Below are positions 10,191 to 17,750 of a stretch of DNA of 64,000 nt, in pieces. The notes beneath the pieces were generated by a model. That model saw only the letters and a list, made by a program, of their open reading frames with translations, was not told the DNA's origin and did not search any database. The stretch comes from a virus. Within the stretch, counting starts at the first letter, position 1, and the number at the start of each line of letters is the position of its first letter. The DNA lies in IMG/VR virus record IMGVR_UViG_3300046780_000464, positions 12,225 to 76,224 of that record; one strand, given 5' to 3'. A program made the translations under genes and the position numbers.

Positions 10191-13100
10191 GGGATTGCTC
10201 GAGTCTTGCTACACGGGACGCTAGTTCTCGATTAGACTCCGCCATTTCTTGGCAAGCCTTCCACAATACAGCAGTCAATTCGTTATAGGCGAGACCCTCA
10301 GTACCGTTCTCTTTATTGTAACCGCCCCAATCCTCGCCAAGGACTGAGGCAACTTCGTCAGCGATAAAGCCGCTGTGTACTTTGCGGGTTTCGCCAGTTT
10401 TCCACCGATAGGTGACTGGCCTCAGCGCCATAACCCGGTCGAGTGCACCAGACGGCAGGGGCGTGATGTCATCCTTTAAGTGACGAGCTGAGAGTTGGTT
10501 GAACCAGTAACTGCCGACTTGCGACCAACCCTGGCCTGAATAGCCGCAGGCCATAGCATTATCACTGAGCGGGAGAATGCCCCCCACGTAGATATATGTG
10601 CCCGTGCGTATGGAACCATCACTGTCACCATACCAATAACCACCATAGGGAACTTGGAATGCGCTCCCTTGAATAGTACTGTCACTGTGAATGCCGCTAG
10701 GCGTCCACCACCAACCACTATTGTTGTAAAACCGCAAGCTGTTGCAGTAAACCGACCCCCCGCAATTGAGATCAGCTTCTGAATAAAAATTTGCGACGCG
10801 CAGACTACCGTTAAAATACAGCCAGCCATTGTTATAGCCGTTGTAAAACGTGCCACCGTAGATATTGAAGCCGTCGTTGAAACTTGATCTGACGTTAAAG
10901 GTTACTCCACCAGTACAGGTGGTCGTCCCTTCTATCGAAACAGTCGAGCCACGAAGATGAGAGGGGCGTGAGCCATCACAGAAGTATGCGTGGTTATCAC
11001 TCCATATGGAACAGAGTACCTGAGAGGCTCCAGCAGTATCCTTGCCGTAGAGCCAATTTTGATTGGGTAGGACAATCCCGGCCCCAGTATAGATACCATT
11101 GCTGAAGGTCGCAGTGCCAGCAGTGTCAATGGTCAGTCTGACTATACCGGCGCTCTCGTCGGCGAGATACCAGTAGCCATTATTGATGCAGCCTGCGCTC
11201 CACAGGCGGGTGTTGACGACTTCGTAAAACCACCGGGCATGGCAACCATTGGGAACTGTGATCCTGGCGTTATCACTCGTACCGGGCTGAACGTGAGTGT
11301 AACCGTTAAAGTAAATGTTAGGGCTATCAATGGAGACAGTGGTGCCACGCAAGCGCGTGGGACGCGCGGCACCATCACCGATGTAGAAATTGCTGTCGCT
11401 TGACTGAAGCAGGCTCGCATACCCACCCATCCACAACCAATTGTCCAGCGGCATGTATATTTGGTGAGCGACGTGCAAGTTCCCGCCAGTGTAAACATCA
11501 TTGTTGGTGTTAGCATTAAGCCAAAGCGGTGTATTGCATTCGATATGACCGTTGCCGTCATCGAACATCTGGACGTAGTTGCTGCCGTTGTAGGTGATGA
11601 AGGTGTTACTGGCTGAACCGTTCTGAAGATTGATGCTCCCGCCGTTGACGATGACCCCCTGGTTCATCGACACGACGCCAGTGGCATTAGTCACCATCCA
11701 GGGGCGAAGCTGATTGTAGATACCCATCGCATCGTTGTTGTTCGTCAGTAGCAGATAGGTATTTGTCCCGTCGTTGTACCACATCGAGCCATATTGATTT
11801 GCGTTGTTGGCTGCGGTCATGTGGTACTGACCAAAACCGCCAGCGGTGCTTGTCGATAAAAAAGTACCATTATTTTGAATATAAGCACCTCCAACATTAA
11901 GCCCTGACGGACCAACCGACATCACTTTAGTTGCTGCTGATCCGGCAGTCGTCAGTTGATACCAGTAGAACGAATTGTAACCACTACAGAACGTGTAACA
12001 ATTCCAGAAATCTACGTCACCCTGTCCTACGTTAAAGTTCCATGAAGTTGCACAGCCCCCAAAGCTAGTCGGATAAGCGGGCGAATTAATTCCAGTGTAG
12101 AACCAGCCGTTATTGGTCTGTCCAACGGTGTTCAAATTTCCGGTGAGCGTTCCACCGGTTAGTGCCAAATCGGAAGAAGCGTGACCAGTGAGCGCCCCGA
12201 CAAAGGTTGGTGCAGTGACTGTGCCCGTCACCGATAAGTTCCCGGCAGAGGTGATGTAAAGAATGCGTGTCCAAGCTGGTGCTGAACCCACAGCAGCCGA
12301 TGGTGCCGTGTAAAAACTGAACTCTCCCGAACCGTTATTCAACGCCGTTGCCGGGGCGGCGGCTAGCAAATGCGAGGCGTTCGCCGCATCCATATAAATG
12401 TTGCCGAATAGTGCGCTGCCCCCGGTAGTGGTGAGAGCCGTAGCTAGGATCGCTCCCGCCCCCATTTGCACTGGTGCTGTCGTCGTACCAACTGTCAGTG
12501 TGCCGTTGATTGTACCCACCGTCAATGGACCAGTAAGGGTACCACCAGTTAGTGGAAGGAACGAACCTACTCCAATGTTTACTCCATTAACATAGAACCC
12601 ACTAGCGACATTGATAGTACCTGACCCCATATCTCCAGCAGTACCACCAGTGGGTGGGTTACCACTAGCATCCAATACCATCAAGCCACGATTGACCTGG
12701 GCGCGGGCTAAAATCGTTGTTGTACCCGCTGTTGTAGTTAAGAATTGAACTGACGTTCCCTGCGCCGTATCGGTCCAGTTTTCAATAGCACCGAATCTAA
12801 CCTGAGCGCGTCCACCGGATGAATAGCCTGTTGCGCCATAGCCAAAGGCGGCAACTATTCCAAGGGGATCACCATTTTGTGCTGCCGTGGAGGCCGCCGC
12901 TGTGCCACGTGCAAAGCGGAAGGTGATATTTGGGACGGCGCCAGTCCCATAAGCATCCATCAAGAAGCGATTTACTATACCGTCTACTTGGGTGACCCAA
13001 AAAACAGTATCAGTGGGAGGCAAGGTTGGATTGATCGCGTTACGATTGATTGTCAGGGTGCCTGTAAGTATACCACCACCCAATGGCAGGTAGGTACCTG

Positions 13101-14811
13101 TACCACCTGTAAACCCCTGTGCTCTAACCCAAGCCGTTGTAGCAATACTAATACTACTATCAGCTGTTGCCGGTGTAGGTGCTTGTGGATTACCTGTAAA
13201 TAGTGGACTAGCTATGGGTGCGTAAATTGTAGAAGCCGCAGCAGTTGTTAAGTAGTTCTGATTGACAGCAGCAGTTACTAAACCCTTACCATTAACTGTA
13301 ATACCTTGAAAAGTACCAATATTCGGATTAACAGTTGATGATAGAACCGTATTGATAGTGCTTGTACCAGAACCTACAACATCACCAGCTAAAGTGATTG
13401 TCTTGTTTGGTGCGTTACTAATCGCTAAGGTAACAAAAGCCGTTGTAGCAATACTAGTATCATTATCACCAGCAGTAGGTGTTGGTGACGTTGGATTACC
13501 TGTAAAGGCGGGACTAGCTAGTAGGGCATAGGGACCACCTGTTATAAATCCTTGTGACTGAACAAATGCTGTTGTCGCAATAGTAATACTACTATCACCA
13601 AAACCAGGTGTAGGTGCAGTTGGGACACCACTAAAATGCGGACTGGCTATTGGTGCAAGAAGTGAAACAGCAGTATCAACATAGATCTTTGTTACTGCAT
13701 GTAGGTCTAACTGAGGTGCACTAGCCAGGGTTAAGAACCCTGACATTGTACCACCAGATAAAGGCAACCCACCAAGGTTCGCCAAAGCACCAACAGGCGC
13801 TGTCGCTCCTGTGCCACCAGACGAAATAGCAACAGGTATCACAAGACCTATTGTAACTATACCTGTTAATCCACCACCGGTCAGACCAGTACTTACATTG
13901 ACACCAGTAATAGTCCCACCACCAGGTGTACCTGGAGGACCAGGTGGACCTGGCATATTTGTTGCGGCAACCCATTGTTGGGTATCACCGTCATCATACC
14001 AAATATACAGTTGCCCACCAATTGGATCCCACCAGAGGGTTGCTGGTTGTGGATTTACAGGAGGTGCTGGACTAATGATTGTCCCACCACCTGCTCCACC
14101 TCCTCCACCACCACCTCCACCAGTACCAATAGGTACACCATTGACAAAGAATCCACCCTTTGCATCAATGTATCCAGTAGACTTTAATGATGGTGTATTG
14201 TATTGAACACCATTTGGTACATTATGAGTCTGTGACGTAACGTTGGTATTAAATCCCTTCCCATTCATTGTGGTTGGATTATTTGGCGCAGTCATAGTCA
14301 TTGACCCGCCACTAGTCGGATTAAAGCCAAAGCTAGTCTTACCGTCCGTCGTCCTCATCTGCATAGATGTTTGGTCGACGTTACTCAGCTTATTAGGTTG
14401 AGAATGAAACCCTGGAATAACAAAGGCGTCAGTTAGATGATGCGTCCTATTTTGATCTTGATTCTGAACACCTCCATTTGCCCACCAAGCATCAATACCA
14501 CGAGAAGCAAAGATTGCTAATCCTTCATCTCCCTTTTGAACAGGTATGGTAATGTGCATCCCACCACCACCCAAATAGAGTAGTGGAGAGGACTTGATTG
14601 TTGGAATCTGCTGCCATTCAATTGAACCCTTATCATTCACATAGGCTAGTTTTAGTGCAGGATCAATTGTTACTGTATTCTGAGCCGCCTGATGTTCACC
14701 AATAACAACAGGTAAAGAAGTCCATAAATCAGCTCTATCAGCCTGCTTTCGGAGACGGTCATTCTCCTGAAAATCCTCAAACCGTTCGGTATTATAAAAC
14801 GGACTTGACAT
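10180..14811 (-). CDS. Baseplate central spike (Gp138_N/gpV-like N-terminus) fused to a long tail fibre with an S74 chaperone
   Basis: N-terminal TSLPVVI...HITIPVQKGDEGLAIFASRGIDAWWANGG...HHLTDAFVIPG, poly-Gly linker, fibre repeats, C-terminal LSARHLKDDI...LRPVTYRWK...HSGFIADEV. Confidence 0.85.
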   Translation of the reverse strand: MSSPFYNTERFEDFQENDRLRKQADRADLWTSLPVVIGEHQAAQNTVTIDPALKLAYVNDKGSIEWQQIPTIKSSPLLYLGGGGMHITIPVQKGDEGLAIFASRGIDAWWANGGVQNQDQNRTHHLTDAFVIPGFHSQPNKLSNVDQTSMQMRTTDGKTSFGFNPTSGGSMTMTAPNNPTTMNGKGFNTNVTSQTHNVPNGVQYNTPSLKSTGYIDAKGGFFVNGVPIGTGGGGGGGGGAGGGTIISPAPPVNPQPATLWWDPIGGQLYIWYDDGDTQQWVAATNMPGPPGPPGTPGGGTITGVNVSTGLTGGGLTGIVTIGLVIPVAISSGGTGATAPVGALANLGGLPLSGGTMSGFLTLASAPQLDLHAVTKIYVDTAVSLLAPIASPHFSGVPTAPTPGFGDSSITIATTAFVQSQGFITGGPYALLASPAFTGNPTSPTPTAGDNDTSIATTAFVTLAISNAPNKTITLAGDVVGSGTSTINTVLSSTVNPNIGTFQGITVNGKGLVTAAVNQNYLTTAAASTIYAPIASPLFTGNPQAPTPATADSSISIATTAWVRAQGFTGGTGTYLPLGGGILTGTLTINRNAINPTLPPTDTVFWVTQVDGIVNRFLMDAYGTGAVPNITFRFARGTAAASTAAQNGDPLGIVAAFGYGATGYSSGGRAQVRFGAIENWTDTAQGTSVQFLTTTAGTTTILARAQVNRGLMVLDASGNPPTGGTAGDMGSGTINVASGFYVNGVNIGVGSFLPLTGGTLTGPLTVGTINGTLTVGTTTAPVQMGAGAILATALTTTGGSALFGNIYMDAANASHLLAAAPATALNNGSGEFSFYTAPSAAVGSAPAWTRILYITSAGNLSVTGTVTAPTFVGALTGHASSDLALTGGTLTGNLNTVGQTNNGWFYTGINSPAYPTSFGGCATSWNFNVGQGDVDFWNCYTFCSGYNSFYWYQLTTAGSAATKVMSVGPSGLNVGGAYIQNNGTFLSTSTAGGFGQYHMTAANNANQYGSMWYNDGTNTYLLLTNNNDAMGIYNQLRPWMVTNATGVVSMNQGVIVNGGSINLQNGSASNTFITYNGSNYVQMFDDGNGHIECNTPLWLNANTNNDVYTGGNLHVAHQIYMPLDNWLWMGGYASLLQSSDSNFYIGDGAARPTRLRGTTVSIDSPNIYFNGYTHVQPGTSDNARITVPNGCHARWFYEVVNTRLWSAGCINNGYWYLADESAGIVRLTIDTAGTATFSNGIYTGAGIVLPNQNWLYGKDTAGASQVLCSIWSDNHAYFCDGSRPSHLRGSTVSIEGTTTCTGGVTFNVRSSFNDGFNIYGGTFYNGYNNGWLYFNGSLRVANFYSEADLNCGGSVYCNSLRFYNNSGWWWTPSGIHSDSTIQGSAFQVPYGGYWYGDSDGSIRTGTYIYVGGILPLSDNAMACGYSGQGWSQVGSYWFNQLSARHLKDDITPLPSGALDRVMALRPVTYRWKTGETRKVHSGFIADEVASVLGEDWGGYNKENGTEGLAYNELTAVLWKACQEMAESNRELASRVARLEQSHGA

Positions 14812-14819
14812 GTTTAACC

Positions 14820-15152
14820 CTATGGTGTGGTCAAGTACAGATGACCGTCTTCCCCTAGATTAGAAAAGGTAGGCACGGTATCTGGTGATACCTCCGGACC
14901 GATACTCATAACGGTTAGTATCGCCTGAGCCCCTAGAGGCATATAACCAAACTGTTCAAGCATATCGGCACCTGTCAATAAAGGCATCCCATGTAATATC
15001 ATTGTAGTGCCAGTTTCGTCATCAAAATCCACGGTCCAACAAGATATTACCGTGTTCCATTTGAATGTTAACGTGTAGACAATGCCAAGTATCGTAACGC
15101 GCTCGGAGAAAGGACGACCTGACCGTGTGGGGATCTCGACGTTCGTTGCCAC
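14820..15152 (-). CDS. Baseplate component (DUF6983-like plug or hub accessory)
   Basis: YTLTFKWN...WTVDF...ILHGMPLLTGADMLEQFGY; GTG start with a GAGGAG RBS; position between the Dit-like gene and the spike. Confidence 0.65.
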   Translation of the reverse strand: MATNVEIPTRSGRPFSERVTILGIVYTLTFKWNTVISCWTVDFDDETGTTMILHGMPLLTGADMLEQFGYMPLGAQAILTVMSIGPEVSPDTVPTFSNLGEDGHLYLTTP

Positions 15153-16288
15153 ACTGAACTCCTCTGTTGCTTTGGTGCTATAGGCGCGCTGACGCTGAGG
15201 AAATTTCCGCTGCTGTCAGTTCTGGTCGTCATGCCCTTTTCGTTGAGTTGCGTCTCATTGGCGTTCCCCGGCAGCGCGGTAGAGCCGGTGCCGGTCTGGC
15301 CGGGACCGATTAGTGGCGAGTCGGTCCCCTCGGCTCTGCCGATCGGCTGCCCGGTGATGGTGCTTTCGACCTTCTGCCCCTCGGGCTGCAAGACGCTGTC
15401 GTTGCCGCCCTCGGGCGGGCTCTCGGGGCCAGTGACCGGCGTAGCGGTCGTCGGGTAGCTCTGCTCAATCATCCCACCATCACCAATATCGCGCGTTGGT
15501 TGATCACCTTTCTCTTCTGGTTGGGATGTCTTCTCAGGTTCCTTCTGTTCAGAAGGAGACTGAGATGCTGTTTGTACGTTACTTGATGCTGTTGCGACAA
15601 TAATCACCTGCCTACAAACAATATCAGCCATTAACGCATATTCAGACTTCTCATCTGTAATTATGGATAAACGCTCTATCAGCATGTTAGTATACTTACG
15701 CTTCCCAGTAACCACATCGAAGGGTCGAAGCGCAGCCTGCCAGCTTAGTAGAAGTCCGTACACACCGCTTTCTGCGGAGAGGTCATATGACCCACGGACA
15801 CTCCATCCCGCCTTTATGGTAACCGTAGCGGGCCTCTTAAACGCATGGTCAGCAATTGGGGCACCTTGCTCTACCGGATGCTCGGTTATCGTAATATCAT
15901 CTGTACCATTTTCTTCAATTGTTACTTCAGCAATGATTCCACCGATAGAACGTCTATGTGGCATAAACAATGCGGGGGTCCAGTTACCATAAAGATTAGG
16001 TGGATCAGCCCTAGTTGTCGCAACCGGTTGTGGCGTTATTGCTGAATTACTATTCCCACTACTATCACCACCACCACCAGTAGAGGTATCCCCACCTCCA
16101 CCCCAATCACCTGAGTCAGGATTAGAGGGAACATTAGTGGATGCATCACCTTGTCCAACTAAACCGGTATCATCACCCCCCTCAGGTGGACGAGCGAGTT
16201 CAAAAGTAGAAACTCTGCCCCTGCGTGGAGACAACAACAAGAGATCATTGGTTCGATTGCGATTACGCTGACGTTCCCGAGTTCTCAT
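15068..16288 (-). CDS. Dit-like tube-initiator/baseplate protein with low-complexity terminal extensions
   Basis: Core IEENGTDDITITEHPVEQGAPIADHAFKRPATVTI...FDVVTGKRKYTNMLIERL; its 3' end overlaps the next gene by 85 nt. Confidence 0.75.
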   Translation of the reverse strand: MRTRERQRNRNRTNDLLLLSPRRGRVSTFELARPPEGGDDTGLVGQGDASTNVPSNPDSGDWGGGGDTSTGGGGDSSGNSNSAITPQPVATTRADPPNLYGNWTPALFMPHRRSIGGIIAEVTIEENGTDDITITEHPVEQGAPIADHAFKRPATVTIKAGWSVRGSYDLSAESGVYGLLLSWQAALRPFDVVTGKRKYTNMLIERLSIITDEKSEYALMADIVCRQVIIVATASSNVQTASQSPSEQKEPEKTSQPEEKGDQPTRDIGDGGMIEQSYPTTATPVTGPESPPEGGNDSVLQPEGQKVESTITGQPIGRAEGTDSPLIGPGQTGTGSTALPGNANETQLNEKGMTTRTDSSGNFLSVSAPIAPKQQRSSVWQRTSRSPHGQVVLSPSALRYLALSTR

Positions 16289-16289
16289 T

Positions 16290-17744
16290 TTATCTAATCC
16301 GTCGATTTGATGAAACTATTGTTGGGGTCCACCCTGGTGTTGGTGTTCTAGTAGGCGTAGGTGTAGCTGTAGGTGTAGCTGTAGGTGTAGCTGTAGGAGT
16401 AGCTGTAGGAGTAGCTGTAGGTGCTTTCGGACCATAGGTTTCTGGAGCACCACGACTAGCTGCTGAAGATGGATTTTGAATAGTCTCTCCTTTATCATTA
16501 AGTGCGACACCAACTATATTGGAATACCAAGGAAGACCACGAGTGTCTCCTTGATGCTCCAATAGAACGACCTTATAAGAACCAATTGGGGAGGTATAAG
16601 CTGACTCCATTTGCTTACCAAAGGTCGCAACAGGATTTATTACACCACCGGTAGTATCACCTTGAATATCACCATTTGCATTAACCTTAACAGAGGAACC
16701 TGGGGTGAATGGAACACCAGACAGGACACTTGTATCCAGCTTGATCTTCCCTCCAAGCTTGATATTCGGATTAAGTAAACACTTACATTCAATACCTTGA
16801 GGAGTTACCTCAGGTAGGCTGACAAGACCTGTCTTTGTTGTTAGTATGACAGGAGCACCAGGTCTGGTATTCTTGTTCTTGAGGATGACAATCTTACCAT
16901 GCTCAATAAAGAACTTGGCATCATTCTTTTCCATATATTGTCGAATTACGTCTCTAGCAGCCGCAATTTCAGTTGTATCTCGTTGGGATTTATCCAATCC
17001 AACCTCTGGATCAATATAACTTATGCTGATACCCAATTTCGTGGCAGCATTCTTAAGGGGAACTAGATCCTGTGTACCTGCAGGGTACTGTGTGGAGACT
17101 ATTTCTCGGTTGTACCTCAGATCACCATCACCCGCATGTATCTCGAAGTAAGTGTCAGTTGGATTTTCTTTGCCCTTCTTGTATTGGACCACCGTACCGT
17201 CAAAGATCAAACCAAAGTTTGCATACTTGTAACCCGCCTGTACTTGTATCCTGGTAAACTGAATAACCTTTACCATTGTTGCCGGAGCCATGTTATACAC
17301 ACGCGCCCATAACGTCGCAGGTGTATTGGCATCCGCCTGTCTAATGTTAAAGAAGACTCTCAGAGCTGAGAGATCAATCCCACTTGAAGTCTTACTCTTA
17401 TCCCCACTAGATTGAGCACTGGGTGCTTTAGCAGTAACACTAACCTCAGGAAGAGTAATACTATCATCACGAGGAGTTGGTGTTCTTGTAGTGGCGGTGG
17501 TAGGTGTTGCGGTAGGGGTTGTCAGACGAGTAGTATTACTAGCCGCATCTCCTGAACCCTGACTATACAAAACAAAACTCAGTTTACGCATCCATTGCGC
17601 ATCATGATTCTTATCATCTTTAGATATAGGCGCCGAACCAGGTGCATTACTCGGCTGCATTTGGTCAGCCAGGGATGTCCAACTATCCGCCTGAGCAGTT
17701 AGTTTAGAAGTCTGAAAGTTTGCTTGATTTGAATCGTCAGCCAT
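16290..17744 (-). CDS. Baseplate hub protein (T4 gp27/Mu gpP-like)
   Basis: ATLWARVYNM...IQVQAGY...IFDGTV...IHAGDGD; TTKTGLVSLPE...IECKCLLNPNIKLGGKIKL; follows the tape measure gene. Confidence 0.75.
   Translation of the reverse strand: MADDSNQANFQTSKLTAQADSWTSLADQMQPSNAPGSAPISKDDKNHDAQWMRKLSFVLYSQGSGDAASNTTRLTTPTATPTTATTRTPTPRDDSITLPEVSVTAKAPSAQSSGDKSKTSSGIDLSALRVFFNIRQADANTPATLWARVYNMAPATMVKVIQFTRIQVQAGYKYANFGLIFDGTVVQYKKGKENPTDTYFEIHAGDGDLRYNREIVSTQYPAGTQDLVPLKNAATKLGISISYIDPEVGLDKSQRDTTEIAAARDVIRQYMEKNDAKFFIEHGKIVILKNKNTRPGAPVILTTKTGLVSLPEVTPQGIECKCLLNPNIKLGGKIKLDTSVLSGVPFTPGSSVKVNANGDIQGDTTGGVINPVATFGKQMESAYTSPIGSYKVVLLEHQGDTRGLPWYSNIVGVALNDKGETIQNPSSAASRGAPETYGPKAPTATPTATPTATPTATPTATPTPTRTPTPGWTPTIVSSNRRIR
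16357..16416. repeat. 12-bp tandem repeat x5 encoding (ATPT)n on the minus strand
   Basis: gtagg(t/a)gtagct x5 plus a partial sixth unit, at the hub C-terminus. Confidence 0.95.
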
Positions 17745-17750
17745 GTCCGC

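Noticed and set aside
7428-14811. Diversity-generating retroelement suggested by similar 3' ends of two fibre genes
   Set aside because: Differences are not restricted to adenines, both copies are coding chaperone tails, and no reverse transcriptase is in the window
15068-15152. Possible frameshift or pseudogene at the 85-nt overlap of the Dit-like gene with the next gene
   Set aside because: The overlapping part is a low-complexity tail outside the conserved core, and the downstream gene has a good RBS; no loss of function is evident
16357-16416. Tandem repeats as a CRISPR array (also 2030-2156, 34914-37934 and 52415-52506)
   Set aside because: All are in-frame coding repeats without unique spacers; no cas genes
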